Part shown: piece by piece, positions 1 to 11,898 of the stretch
Layout: every line of letters starts with the position of its first letter
How positions within the stretch are numbered: position 1 is the first letter of the stretch
From: Gemmatimonadales bacterium
Lineage (GTDB): Bacteria; Gemmatimonadota; Gemmatimonadetes; Gemmatimonadales; GWC2-71-9
Assembly: GCA_035763805.1 (NCBI GenBank)
Contig: DASUAL010000109.1
Location: 2,191-66,190, forward strand
DNA length: 64,000 bases
Reading direction: 5' to 3'
Notes under the pieces: generated by a model
Databases searched by the model: none
What the model was told of the DNA's origin: nothing
Seen by the model: the letters and a program-made list of their open reading frames with translations, nothing else
Program-made: the position numbers and the translations under genes

Positions 1-128
1 GCTGCCGTCGCTCTGGCGGGTGACCGTGCCGGTCACTGTTCCGGTCCCGCGCTCCTGGGCCGCAGCGGGCGCCGCGACGCTGGCGAGCAGCGAGCTGACG
101 AAGGCAAGCTGGAAAAGACGCCTCGACA
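1..128 (-). CDS. N-terminal fragment of a secreted protein; the gene continues past the window start
   Basis: My own translation from reverse-strand ATG 126-128: MSRRLFQLAFVSSLLASVAAPAAAQERGTGTVTGTVTRQSDGS. This is a signal peptide followed by a TGTVTGTV motif, as in carboxypeptidase-regulatory-like N-domains of TonB-dependent receptors. Too short to appear in the ORF track. Confidence 0.4.
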
Positions 129-202
129 TAGACCACCTCCGGAACGAAGGTTAGGACCCGACCAAGATGCATCGCGTCCTGGTCGTGAGCTAGATTCCGA
201 CC

Positions 203-793
203 ATGCTCTTCGTCCTCGACAACTACGACTCCTTCACCTACAACCTCGTCCAGTACTTCGGGGAGCTAGGGCAGGAACCGGTCGTCTACCGCAACGACGC
301 CCTCACCGTCGAGGAAGTGCTCGCCCTCAAGCCGCGGGCGGCCGTTCTGTCGCCCGGACCGGGCACGCCGGGCGAGGCGGGCATCCTTGTGCCTCTCGTG
401 AAGGCCCTCGCCGGAAGCGTGCCGATCCTGGGTGTGTGCCTGGGCCACCAGGCTATCGGCGAGGCGTTCGGAGGCCGGGTGGTCCGCGCCGACCGGCTGA
501 TGCATGGCAAGACATGCCAGGTGATCCACGAGCAAGACGAGCTGTTCGAGGGGATCCCGAGCCCGGTGACTGGCATGCGCTACCACTCGCTCGTCGTCGA
601 GCCCGCATCCCTTCCGAACGACCTCGTTATCACTGCCTGGAGCGCCGACCGCCCGAAGGACGGCGAGATCATGGCCATGAAGCACCGAAAGCACCCGATT
701 TATGGGGTGCAGTTCCACCCTGAGTCGATCGGGACCGAACACGGTAAGCGCTTGCTGGAAAACTTCTTAAGGGTCGCGCGCGCCATGACCTAG
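203..793 (+). CDS. trpG: Glutamine amidotransferase subunit of anthranilate/aminodeoxychorismate synthase (TrpG/PabA)
   Basis: 196 aa. [20 protein letters not shown]-terminus; class-I GATase motifs GVCLGHQ and FHPES. Confidence 0.9.
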   Translation: MLFVLDNYDSFTYNLVQYFGELGQEPVVYRNDALTVEEVLALKPRAAVLSPGPGTPGEAGILVPLVKALAGSVPILGVCLGHQAIGEAFGGRVVRADRLMHGKTCQVIHEQDELFEGIPSPVTGMRYHSLVVEPASLPNDLVITAWSADRPKDGEIMAMKHRKHPIYGVQFHPESIGTEHGKRLLENFLRVARAMT

Positions 794-824
794 ACGCCGC
801 GGCACGAGTCTTGTATCTTCCTCC

Positions 825-3235
<2,411 letters not shown>

Positions 3236-3236
3236 C

Positions 3237-4049
3237 ATGGCGCAGCACTTCGGAGCCGCTCCGTTCCTGATCGCGGGGCCCTGCGTCGTCGAGTCCGACG
3301 ACCTGAACCTGCGAGTGGGGGAAGCCCTCGCCGAGCTCGGAACCAGGCTCGGCGTGCACGTGATCTACAAGGCCTCCTACGACAAGGCCAACCGGTCACG
3401 TCTCCAAGGGGCGCGCGGCCCGGGCTTGGAGCGTGGGCTCAGGGCGCTCGAGAAGGTGCGGACCGCGACCGGGCTGCCGATCCTGACCGACGTCCACGAG
3501 GTCGGCCAGGTGGCCGCGGCAGCCCGCGTCGCGGACGTCCTCCAGATCCCCGCCTTCCTCTGCCGCCAAACCGACTTGCTCCTGGCGACCGGCCGTGCCG
3601 GGCGGGCGGTGAACGTGAAGAAAGGGCAATGGATGTCGCCGGACGGGATGCGCGGCGCGGTGGAGAAGGTGCGCGCGGGCGGGGCGCCCGAGGTGGCGGT
3701 GACCGAGCGGGGAACGTTCTTCGGCTACGGCGACCTCGTCGTGGACATGCGGAACTTCGCACGCCTGCGCGCCGCATGCGCCGTCCCGGCGATTTTCGAC
3801 GCCACGCACTCGGTGCAGCAGCCGGGGCAGGGGCCCGAAGGGTCGAGCGGCGGCGCGCGCGAGTTCATCCCGCCACTCCTGTACGCGGCGGCGGCCGCGG
3901 GGGCGGACGGGTTCTTTCTCGAGACCCACCCCGACCCCGACCACGCGCCCTCGGACGGACCGAACATGGTGCCGCTGGACCAGCTGCCGGCGATCGTCGG
4001 CGTGGCGCTCGATGTCTGGCAGCGCGCCCGGGAGGCAGTCCGTGCGTGA
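3237..4049 (+). CDS. kdsA: 3-deoxy-8-phosphooctulonate (Kdo8P) synthase
   Basis: 270 aa. FLIAGPCVVES, KASYDKANRS and DATHSVQ motifs. Confidence 0.92.
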   Translation: MAQHFGAAPFLIAGPCVVESDDLNLRVGEALAELGTRLGVHVIYKASYDKANRSRLQGARGPGLERGLRALEKVRTATGLPILTDVHEVGQVAAAARVADVLQIPAFLCRQTDLLLATGRAGRAVNVKKGQWMSPDGMRGAVEKVRAGGAPEVAVTERGTFFGYGDLVVDMRNFARLRAACAVPAIFDATHSVQQPGQGPEGSSGGAREFIPPLLYAAAAAGADGFFLETHPDPDHAPSDGPNMVPLDQLPAIVGVALDVWQRAREAVRA

Positions 4050-4083
4050 CCGACTCAGCGGCCCGGCGCCCCGCTCCTCGGGG

Positions 4084-4250
4084 GTCGCCCCTGACAACCG
4101 CCACCCCCCACCCCTCGGACGCCCCCTACGGAGCGCGGCGCCCGCCCTGCTTGGCGAGGCGCAGGCGGGGGGCGTGGCGCAGACCGCGCTCAAGGTGCGG
4201 GGCGGGGCCGTTGTCAGGAGCGACGGTCAAGCCATGCCCCCCGCCTGCGC
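4084..4250. repeat. Nested GC-rich inverted repeats in the kdsA-kdsC spacer
   Basis: 4084-4098 GTCGCCCCTGACAAC pairs with 4210-4224 GTTGTCAGGAGCGAC (14/15). 4159-4173 GCGCAGGCGGGGGGC is the perfect reverse complement of 4236-4250 GCCCCCCGCCTGCGC (15/15). C-rich 4101-4114 faces G-rich 4194-4207. Confidence 0.6.
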
Positions 4251-4262
4251 TGGCACACTGCA

Positions 4263-4835
4263 ATGATCGACGCCGCCCTCGCCCGCCGCCTCAAGCTCGT
4301 CGGCTTCGACGTCGACGGTGTGCTCACCGACAACGGCGTCTACATCGGCATGGTGGCCGATCACGCGGTCGAGTTCAAGCGCTTCCACATCCAGGACGGC
4401 CTCGGCGTGCGGATGCTGCGGGCGGCGGGGCTCGCGGTTGTATGGGTGAGCGGGCGCGAGTCCGCGGCCACCGCGGTGCGCGCCCGGGAGCTCGCGGTGG
4501 ACGAGCTGATCCAGGATTCCACTGCTCGCAAGCTTCCCGCGTTCCAGGAGCTGCTCGAGCGGCGCGGGCTCTCCTGGGAAGACTGCGCTTTCGTCGGCGA
4601 CGACCTTGCCGATATCCCGCTGCTCCGACGCGTAGCGCTGCCGATCGCGGTCGCCAACGCCGTTCCGGAGGTGCGGGCCGCGGCCCGGCTGGTGACGAAC
4701 CTCCCCGGCGGGCAGGGGGCGGTGCGGGAGGCGGCGGAACTCATCCTCAGGACCCGGGGCGAGTGGGACATGCTCGTCGCGAAGTACTTCCTGGAGCGTG
4801 GCGATGTCGCGCACGGAGCGCAACGATCTCGTTGA
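4263..4835 (+). CDS. kdsC: Kdo-8-phosphate phosphatase (HAD-IIIA, YrbI family)
   Basis: FDVDGVLTD and GDDLADIP HAD motifs. Sits in the kds context. Confidence 0.88.
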   Translation: MIDAALARRLKLVGFDVDGVLTDNGVYIGMVADHAVEFKRFHIQDGLGVRMLRAAGLAVVWVSGRESAATAVRARELAVDELIQDSTARKLPAFQELLERRGLSWEDCAFVGDDLADIPLLRRVALPIAVANAVPEVRAAARLVTNLPGGQGAVREAAELILRTRGEWDMLVAKYFLERGDVAHGAQRSR

Positions 4836-5778
4836 GCGCGGCCGCCGGGTGCTCTGCCTCGAGGCGGAGGCGATCCGGCGGGTGGCAGAGCGCCTGGGCC
4901 CGGCGTTCGCGAGCGCCGTCTGCCTGCTCGCGGACGCGAAGGGACGGCTCATCGTCTCCGGGGTCGGGAAATCCGGGCTGATCGCCCGGAAGATCGCCGC
5001 CACCTTCACGTCGACCGGGACGGCGGCGTCGTTTCTCCACCCGGTGGACTCGCTGCACGGGGACCTCGGCATCGTCGGCAGGGACGACGTCGCGCTCCTG
5101 CTCTCGAAGAGCGGCGCGTCCGACGAGCTTTTCGGGCTGGTGAGCCAGCTGAAGCGCTTCGGCGTGCCCATCATCGCGGTCACCGGCGAAGCGGACTCCG
5201 TCCTCGCCCGGCAGGCCGAGGTTGTCCTGGACGCGAGCGTCACCGAGGAAGCGTGCCCCGAGACGCTCGCGCCCACGGCGAGCACCACTGCAACACTCGC
5301 CCTGGGTGACGCGCTGGCCGTCACGGTCCTCGAGGTGAAGGGTTTTCGACGCGAAGACTTCGCCGCGCTCCACCCGGGCGGCGCGCTGGGCCGCAACTTG
5401 CTACTGCGCGTGGCGGACGTGATGCTCACCCGGGACCTGCCCACGCTCGTGCCCGACCGGCCGATGCGCGAGTGCGTCGTGCTGCTCGCGGAGAAGCGCG
5501 GCACGGTCGCGGTCGTGGACCGCACCGGCAATCTGGCCGGCGTCGTGACCGCGGGCGACCTCACGCGCCTGATGGAGAAGACGGATGCGTTTCTCGACCT
5601 CCCGGTCGGCGAGGTGATGACCAAGACTCCCAAGACCACCACGCCGGACGAGCTCGCGGCCAGCGCCGTCCGTCTGATGGAAAGACACGGCGTCATGGCC
5701 CTGCCGGTGCTGGACGGCGGCCGCAGAGTGGTGGGGATGGTCCACCTGCACGACCTGATGAAAGCGGGGGCGGCGTGA
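4804..5778 (+). CDS. kdsD: Arabinose-5-phosphate isomerase (SIS plus tandem CBS)
   Basis: SIS motif VSGVGKSGLIARKIAATF and C-terminal CBS pair. Start is ATG 4804 (GTG 4798 is an alternative) and overlaps the kdsC 3' end. Confidence 0.9.
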   Translation: MSRTERNDLVERGRRVLCLEAEAIRRVAERLGPAFASAVCLLADAKGRLIVSGVGKSGLIARKIAATFTSTGTAASFLHPVDSLHGDLGIVGRDDVALLLSKSGASDELFGLVSQLKRFGVPIIAVTGEADSVLARQAEVVLDASVTEEACPETLAPTASTTATLALGDALAVTVLEVKGFRREDFAALHPGGALGRNLLLRVADVMLTRDLPTLVPDRPMRECVVLLAEKRGTVAVVDRTGNLAGVVTAGDLTRLMEKTDAFLDLPVGEVMTKTPKTTTPDELAASAVRLMERHGVMALPVLDGGRRVVGMVHLHDLMKAGAA

Positions 5779-6317
5779 GACTGGTAAGCCTGGTCGGGCT
5801 CACCTGGATCGGCGCCGCCGCAGTGGGATGCGACAGTGGCATCAAACCGACCGCGACGATCACCGCCGTGGACAGCGCCGATCAGGTGCTGTTCAACATG
5901 TCGCACTACGTGACCGACGCGGGGATCCAGCGGGCGCGCGTCCGCGCCGACACGGCGTACTTCTATTCCCCCGCCCAGCGGGCCGAGCTGCGCAACGTGC
6001 ATATCACGTTCTACAACCCGCGGGGTGCGGAGACCTCGACCCTTACGGCACGGGAGGGCACATACCGCTGGCGCACCGACGACATGGAGGCCCGTCGTAA
6101 TGTCGTGGTGGTGCGCGCCGACGGCGCGACGCTCCGCACCCAGGTGCTGCGCTACAGCCGGTCGGCGAACCAGGTCAGCTCCGACAAACCCTTCGTGTTC
6201 GACGAGCCGAACCGGCATATCGAAGGCGAGGGGTTCACTTCGGACCCCGACTTCAGGGTCGTGACGGCGATCCGCCCCAAGGGCACGGGCGGAAAGTTCA
6301 CGCTCCCGAACCAATGA
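5775..6317 (+). CDS. lptC: LptC-like periplasmic LPS-export protein, predicted lipoprotein
   Basis: The track ORF (5472) is over-extended. GTG 5775 overlaps the kdsD TGA. N-terminus VRLVSLVGLTWIGAAAVGC has a lipobox-like AVGC. The remainder is beta-jellyroll-like, and the gene lies directly upstream of lptA-lptB. Confidence 0.7.
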   Translation: MRLVSLVGLTWIGAAAVGCDSGIKPTATITAVDSADQVLFNMSHYVTDAGIQRARVRADTAYFYSPAQRAELRNVHITFYNPRGAETSTLTAREGTYRWRTDDMEARRNVVVVRADGATLRTQVLRYSRSANQVSSDKPFVFDEPNRHIEGEGFTSDPDFRVVTAIRPKGTGGKFTLPNQ

Positions 6318-7669
6318 CCTCCGCCACCGTGCTCCTGGTCGCGCTGGTCCAGCAACCGGCCGCAGCGGCTGACGACACCACAGCGGGGCGTCCGTGTGTG
6401 GTGGCCATCGATTCAGTCGGCGGCAATGCCCAGCGGGTTGAGGTGCGAAAGGGAGAGGAGAACGTCTTTGCCGGCGGCGGGGTTCTCGCCCACTGCAAAG
6501 GCACGGGAAGCACGCTCTCCGCCGACAGCGTCGCATGGTACGCGGGGATCGGTCGGTTCGACATGATCGGCCAGCGCAACATGGTGCACATCAGGGACAC
6601 GGCGGTCACGCTGGACGCGACCACCGCCTCCTACTTCTTGCGTCAGGAGCGACTCGAGGCCCACAAGAACGTGGTCGCGGTGAACCGCCACACCGGCTCG
6701 GTGCTGCGGGGGCCGAATCTCACGTATTACCGGGCCGCGAAAGGCGTCCGCGACACGCTGGAGATGTACGCGTCGGGGCGACCGACGATCGACTATCGCT
6801 CGACGTCGGACTCGGGGGAGCCCTACGTCATCGTGGCCGACCGGGTGCGCTTCAAGGGCAATGACCGCACATGGGGCGGCGGCAAGGTGACCATCGACCG
6901 GTCCGACTTCGCCGCGCGGGGCGACTCCATGCAGCTCGACCAGGTCGCGGGCTTCGGGCTGCTGGTGGGCAAGCCGCGGGTGGAGGGCAAGGGGGCGCGC
7001 GCGTACGCGCTTACGGGAACGCGCATCGAGCTCGAGCTCGAGCGTCGCGAGATCCGCCGGGTGAAGGCGCTTGGCCAGGGCGTCGCTACGGGCGCCGACT
7101 GGCGCCTCACGGCGGACACCATCCATCTGGCTCTCGAGCGCCGCAAGCTCGAGCAGGCGTTCGCTTGGGGCAAGGGCGATTCCTCCCACGCCAGCGCGGT
7201 CGCGACGCTGTACACCATCGACGCCGACTCGCTCGCGCTCTATCTCCCGGACGAGGTGCTGACCGAAGCCCGCGCTTTCGGACGCGCGTTCTCCACGTCG
7301 AAGAAGGACTCGACGGCGACCGCACAAACGAATTGGATCGCCGGAGACACGCTCACGGCACACTGGGTACAGGTGGCAGACTCAGGTGCCCGGACGAAGA
7401 CCAAGCTGCAGCAGCTCGTCGCCCGCGGCGCGGCGCGCTCGTTCACGCACCTGTACAACCAAAGCGATACGACCGGCGGCCCGTCGCTCAACTACTCGCG
7501 CGGTCAGACGATCGACATCGCCCTGAAAGGCGACCGCGTCGATCGCGTGATCGTGAGCGGCCACGCCGACGGGCTGCACCTCGAGCCGCGGCCGCCCAAG
7601 TCCGCGGCGGACACCACGGCGGACAGCACGCGAGCCGCCGGAACCTCCCGGAGGCCTGAGACCCGATGA
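6314..7669 (+). CDS. lptA: OstA/LptA-family periplasmic protein, unusually long (451 aa)
   Basis: Signal peptide [19 protein letters not shown]. Repeated OstA-like beta-rich segments. 4-nt overlaps with lptC and lptB. Confidence 0.7.
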   Translation: MTSATVLLVALVQQPAAAADDTTAGRPCVVAIDSVGGNAQRVEVRKGEENVFAGGGVLAHCKGTGSTLSADSVAWYAGIGRFDMIGQRNMVHIRDTAVTLDATTASYFLRQERLEAHKNVVAVNRHTGSVLRGPNLTYYRAAKGVRDTLEMYASGRPTIDYRSTSDSGEPYVIVADRVRFKGNDRTWGGGKVTIDRSDFAARGDSMQLDQVAGFGLLVGKPRVEGKGARAYALTGTRIELELERREIRRVKALGQGVATGADWRLTADTIHLALERRKLEQAFAWGKGDSSHASAVATLYTIDADSLALYLPDEVLTEARAFGRAFSTSKKDSTATAQTNWIAGDTLTAHWVQVADSGARTKTKLQQLVARGAARSFTHLYNQSDTTGGPSLNYSRGQTIDIALKGDRVDRVIVSGHADGLHLEPRPPKSAADTTADSTRAAGTSRRPETR

Positions 7670-8865
7670 CCACCCCTCCCGGGACGCCGCAGCGCCTCGC
7701 CGACCTGCTCGCCGCGCGGGACTCCTCGCTGCCGCTCGCGGCGGCGGCGCTCGCCCGCGTGGCGGACGAGCGCGGGCGGACCACGTTCGGCGAGCTGGCG
7801 GTGGCGTACCGCGAAGAGTTCCTGACGTTGCGGGCCCACGCGCGGGGCGCGAGCCTCCCCGAGCTCGGCGGCCTCTCCGTGGAGGAGTTCCGCGCGAGCC
7901 TGCGCACGTCGGTGCTGCCGCGGCTCGGGCTCATGCAGGCCGTGACGTACCCTGTCGGTCCGCTCGGGGACGACGCTCCCATCGCGTTCACACCCGAGGC
8001 GTGGACGGAACTGCGGGCCGACCCCGGCGCCGCCGACCGGCTGCTCGACGCCGCCGAGCGGGCTTTGGCTCGTGCGGAATCGCCCAGCGGAGCGTTCCAG
8101 AAGATCGCCGGCGGGAGCCTCCTTGAGGCGCACGGGCTGGTGAAGATTTACAGGGGTCGTCGCGTCGTGAACGACGTGAGCGTGCGGCTCGAGCAGGGCG
8201 AGATCGTCGGGCTCCTCGGGCCCAACGGGGCGGGGAAGACCACCACATTCTACATGATCACGGGCCTGATCCGGCCCGACGGCGGCCGCATCGTGCTCGA
8301 CGGTCGGGACGTCACCGCCGAGCCGATGTACCGGCGAGCGCGCGCGGGGATCGGGTACCTCGCGCAGGAGCCGTCGGTGTTCCGCAGATTGACCGTGGAG
8401 GAGAACGTCCGCGCAATTCTCGAGACCATGCCGCTCGACGACGGCGAGCGCGCGGTCCGGCTGGAGCACCTGCTCGACGAGCTCGCGATCAAGCACCTGC
8501 GGCGCCAAAAGGGCTACCAGCTCTCGGGCGGGGAGCGGCGGCGGCTCGAGATCACCCGGGCGCTCGTTACGGAGCCCAAGTTCATGCTGCTGGACGAACC
8601 GTTTGCCGGCGTGGACCCGATCGCCGTGCACGACATCCAGACGATCGTGGCGGGGCTGCGCCACCGCGGCATCGGCGTGCTGATCACCGACCACAACGTG
8701 GAGCAGACTCTCGACATCGTGGACCGTGCCTACATCATGTTCGAAGGCAGAGTGCAGGTCGCGGGCACGGTGCGCGAGCTGGTGTTCGATGACCGCGTGG
8801 CCAGCCTCTACCTCGGTCCGACCCTCACTGCGCGCCTGCGGGCGCGCCTCACGCACGCGGCATGA
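7666..8865 (+). CDS. lptB: LPS export ABC transporter ATPase LptB with a ~150-aa N-terminal extension
   Basis: The ABC domain starts near residue 153 ([17 protein letters not shown]; Walker [10 protein letters not shown]; signature LSGGERRR; Walker B MLLDEP). ATG 7666 overlaps the lptA TGA (ATGA), and there is no in-frame stop before the ABC domain. Confidence 0.85.
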   Translation: MTTPPGTPQRLADLLAARDSSLPLAAAALARVADERGRTTFGELAVAYREEFLTLRAHARGASLPELGGLSVEEFRASLRTSVLPRLGLMQAVTYPVGPLGDDAPIAFTPEAWTELRADPGAADRLLDAAERALARAESPSGAFQKIAGGSLLEAHGLVKIYRGRRVVNDVSVRLEQGEIVGLLGPNGAGKTTTFYMITGLIRPDGGRIVLDGRDVTAEPMYRRARAGIGYLAQEPSVFRRLTVEENVRAILETMPLDDGERAVRLEHLLDELAIKHLRRQKGYQLSGGERRRLEITRALVTEPKFMLLDEPFAGVDPIAVHDIQTIVAGLRHRGIGVLITDHNVEQTLDIVDRAYIMFEGRVQVAGTVRELVFDDRVASLYLGPTLTARLRARLTHAA

Positions 8866-10322
8866 AGACCGGCCTGCACCAGCACGCGGCGCTCCGCCAG
8901 GACCTCAGGATCAATCCGCGCCTGTACCAGGCGATGGACCTCCTGTACATGCCGCTGCTCGATCTGCAGCAGCATCTCAAGCAGGAGCTGCTCGGCAACC
9001 CGTTCCTCGAGCTGGTCGAGCCGGAAGAGGAAACCGAGGTTCCCCTCTCGGAGGAGGGCACCGAGAAGGAAAAGGAGAAGGAGGGCGACGACGAGCCAAA
9101 CTGGGAGGACATCCTCCTCGACGACGGCAGCGACTCGGGCGCGCCGCCGCGGGACATGAGCGAGGCGAAAGAATTCGTCGAGCCGGTTCCGGTCGAGGCG
9201 AGGGATCTGTCGGACTACCTGCGCGAGCAGGTGCGGATGCTCGATCTCACGCCCCGCCAGCAGCTGCTCGCGGAGGAGTTCATCGGCAACATCGCGGAGG
9301 ACGGCTACCTCGGGGCGACGCTCGAGGAAATCGTGCGCGGCGCGAACCAACTCCTCGAGGAGCACGCCGTGGAGTCGGAGCGGGAGGTACAGCCGCAACT
9401 CTACACCCTGGCCGAGGCCGAGGAGATGCTCGGCATCATCCACAAGCTCGACCCGCCGGGAGTGGGAGCGCGTGATCTGCGGGAGTGCCTGCTGCTCCAG
9501 CTCGAGGCGCGCGGCGAGACGGGCACGCTCGCCTACCGCCTCGTGAAGGAGGCGTTCGACGACCTCAAGGCGCACCGCTGGAGCGACCTCGGCAAGCGGT
9601 TCGGGCTGGAGGCGGCCGAGGTACAGAAGGTCGCCGACGAGCTTGCGAAGCTCGACCCCAAACCGGGCCTGCAACACTCCGCGGCGAACGAGGCCTACAT
9701 CATCCCCGACTTGATCGTGGAAAAGATCGACGGCCAGTACCACGTGTTCCTGAACGACGGCGGGCTGCCCCGGCTTCGGATCTCCCGAACGTACCAGGAG
9801 ATCGCCCGAGACAAGAAGAAGTTCCAGGGGGAGAACAAGGACTTCATCAACCAGCGGCTCAATAGCGCGCACTGGATGATCCAGGCGATCGAGCAGCGCC
9901 GCCAGACGATGCTCAAGGTGATGAACTTCATCGTGGACCGGCAGCGCGAGTTCTTCGAGCGGGGGGTGGAGTATCTGAAGCCGCTGACGCTGCGCGAGGT
10001 CGCGGACGTCATCAACATGCACGAGAGCACCGTGAGCCGGGTGACCAACGAGAAGTACGTCCAGACCCCGCGCGGCCTCCTGCCGCTCAAGTTCTTCTTC
10101 TCGAGCGGCCTTTCGACCACGACCGGCGAGGACGCGAGCGCTCGCTCGATCAAAGCCCAGATCGAGAAGATGGTCGCCGACGAAGATCCGAAGGAACCGC
10201 TCACCGATCAGCAGATCGTCGAGCTGTTCGCGCAGCGGGGGGTCAAGATCGCTCGCCGCACGGTCGCCAAGTACCGCGACCAACTCGGGATCCTCCCGGC
10301 GCGCATGCGCAAGCGCCTGTGA
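8862..10322 (+). CDS. rpoN: RNA polymerase sigma-54 factor
   Basis: Region [19 protein letters not shown], acidic region II, and C-terminal RpoN box [13 protein letters not shown] overlap with lptB. Confidence 0.95.
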   Translation: MKTGLHQHAALRQDLRINPRLYQAMDLLYMPLLDLQQHLKQELLGNPFLELVEPEEETEVPLSEEGTEKEKEKEGDDEPNWEDILLDDGSDSGAPPRDMSEAKEFVEPVPVEARDLSDYLREQVRMLDLTPRQQLLAEEFIGNIAEDGYLGATLEEIVRGANQLLEEHAVESEREVQPQLYTLAEAEEMLGIIHKLDPPGVGARDLRECLLLQLEARGETGTLAYRLVKEAFDDLKAHRWSDLGKRFGLEAAEVQKVADELAKLDPKPGLQHSAANEAYIIPDLIVEKIDGQYHVFLNDGGLPRLRISRTYQEIARDKKKFQGENKDFINQRLNSAHWMIQAIEQRRQTMLKVMNFIVDRQREFFERGVEYLKPLTLREVADVINMHESTVSRVTNEKYVQTPRGLLPLKFFFSSGLSTTTGEDASARSIKAQIEKMVADEDPKEPLTDQQIVELFAQRGVKIARRTVAKYRDQLGILPARMRKRL

Positions 10323-11287
10323 GCCTCGCCACCCCGGCCGTAGTCCCCGAGGTGAGCGTCCTGGTCCCGGCGAAGGACGAAGCGGAGAACCTCCCCGAGC
10401 TCGTACGCCAAGCGCAAGAGACGTTTCACCCGCTCCCCTACGTCTGCGAGCTGGTGGTCGTCAACGACGGCAGTCTCGACGGCACGGCCGAAGTGCTCGC
10501 AGACCTCGCGGCCAAGCACCCGTTCGTGCGGGTGGTGACTCACCGCGTCGGGCGCGGTATCGCCGACGCCCTCCGCTCGGGAGCCGAGGTGGCGCGCGGC
10601 AAGGTCCTGGTGTTCTACCCCGCGGACCTGCAGTACCTCCCGGCCGACATTCCCGGTCTCGTCGCCCCGATCCTCACGGGCGACGCGGACGTCGTGACCG
10701 GCGCAAAGCAGGGGCGCTACGAAAAGCGATTCGTCTCGTGGGTCTACAACGGGCTGTGCCGTCGGCTGTTCCACGTGAACGTCTCCGATCTCAACTCGGT
10801 GAAGGCGTACCGGCGCGAGGTGATGGACGCGATCCCGACGCGCCCCGACTGGCACCGCTTCATGGTGGTGATCGCCGCGGCGCAAGGCTTCCGGCTGGCC
10901 GAGCGCCCCGTCCCCCTGTATCCGCGACGGTCGGGGAAGTCGAAGTTCGGCATCGGACGGATCCCCGTCGGGGTGCTCGACCTGCTGTCGGTCTGGTTCC
11001 AGCTCCGGTTCGGGCGAAAGCCGATGCTGTTCTTCGGTGTGTCCGGCGCCGTCCTGTTCGTGCTCGGCTTCCTCGTCGGGGTATTCGCGTTGATTCAGCG
11101 CTACCTGTTCGGGGTCGGCTTCCGGCCCCTGCTCGACCTGATCATGGTGCTCGTCATTTCGGGCGTGTCGCTCTTCGGCTTCGGGTTCGTGGGCGAAATA
11201 GTGGCGGGGCTACGCGAAGAGGTGCGGAGCCTGCAGCGGGAAGTCGATCACTTGCGACAGCAGTCCGGTCCCCCGTCTCAGCCGTGA
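10319..11287 (+). CDS. GT2 polyprenyl-phosphate glycosyltransferase (GtrB/ArnC/CsbB-like architecture)
   Basis: VSVLVPAKDEAENL and VVVNDGSLDGT motifs, plus two C-terminal TM helices (MLFFGVSGAVLFVLGFLVGVFAL; LIMVLVISGVSLFGFGFVG). Confidence 0.8.
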   Translation: MSLATPAVVPEVSVLVPAKDEAENLPELVRQAQETFHPLPYVCELVVVNDGSLDGTAEVLADLAAKHPFVRVVTHRVGRGIADALRSGAEVARGKVLVFYPADLQYLPADIPGLVAPILTGDADVVTGAKQGRYEKRFVSWVYNGLCRRLFHVNVSDLNSVKAYRREVMDAIPTRPDWHRFMVVIAAAQGFRLAERPVPLYPRRSGKSKFGIGRIPVGVLDLLSVWFQLRFGRKPMLFFGVSGAVLFVLGFLVGVFALIQRYLFGVGFRPLLDLIMVLVISGVSLFGFGFVGEIVAGLREEVRSLQREVDHLRQQSGPPSQP

Positions 11288-11898
11288 CGCCGAACCTGCG
11301 ACCCGCCTCGGCCGAGCTGAGGGACTTCTACAGCGCTCGCGCCGCCTGGCGCTCGCAAGGCGAAGAGCGGATGCGCTTCAAGAAGGCCGTGGCGCTCGCC
11401 CGAGTGCCGCCGGGCGCGGCGGTCCTCGACATCGGGGCGCGCGACGGCGGGCTGCGTCGCTACCTGCCGGGCGACGTGCGCTACCAGGGGATCGACATCG
11501 CGCCTGAGTTCGCCCGCCCTGACGTGCTGATCCGGGACATCTCCCAGGGGATCCCGTTCCCGGACGGCTCCTACGAGTTCGTGTTTTGCATCGAGGTGCT
11601 GGAGCACGTGCCGAGCCCGTTCGGAACGCTCAGCGAGATCCGGCGGGTGCTCAAGCCCGGCGGTGTGCTCATTCTGTCGGTGCCGAATCCCTATCACATC
11701 AAAGAGATCGTCTGGAACGTGCTTCGGATCCCCGACCGCCAGGGCCACATCTACGGCTGGACCCGCCAGACCATGGCCAAGCTGGGCGAGATGTGCGGCT
11801 TCCGCCTCGAGCGGACGGGAGGCACCTACCTGCACCCGCCGATCCCGATGTTCGCACTGCTGGCGCGCTCGATTGTTTATCGGTTCGTGAAGACTTGA
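11284..11898 (+). CDS. Class I SAM-dependent methyltransferase
   Basis: The track ORF (10738) is over-extended. GTG 11284 overlaps the upstream TGA. Motif I VLDIGARDGG; VLKPGGVLILSVPN. Confidence 0.8.
   Translation: MTPNLRPASAELRDFYSARAAWRSQGEERMRFKKAVALARVPPGAAVLDIGARDGGLRRYLPGDVRYQGIDIAPEFARPDVLIRDISQGIPFPDGSYEFVFCIEVLEHVPSPFGTLSEIRRVLKPGGVLILSVPNPYHIKEIVWNVLRIPDRQGHIYGWTRQTMAKLGEMCGFRLERTGGTYLHPPIPMFALLARSIVYRFVKT

Noticed and set aside
4251-4262. TGGCAC immediately upstream of the kdsC ATG, a possible sigma-54 -24 box
   Set aside because: No TTGC occurs at the correct spacing, and it is only 7 nt from the start codon, leaving no room for a transcript leader.
4012-4266. 84-aa + strand ORF filling the kdsA-kdsC spacer
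   Set aside because: It overlaps the kdsA 3' end in another frame. The product is P/R/G/A-rich low complexity, and the region is better explained by the nested inverted repeats. Coding is not excluded but is unsupported.
4227-6536. 769-aa reverse-strand ORF across kdsC, kdsD and lptC
   Set aside because: Same reasoning as above. It is antisense to three well-supported genes and has low-complexity R/P/A composition.
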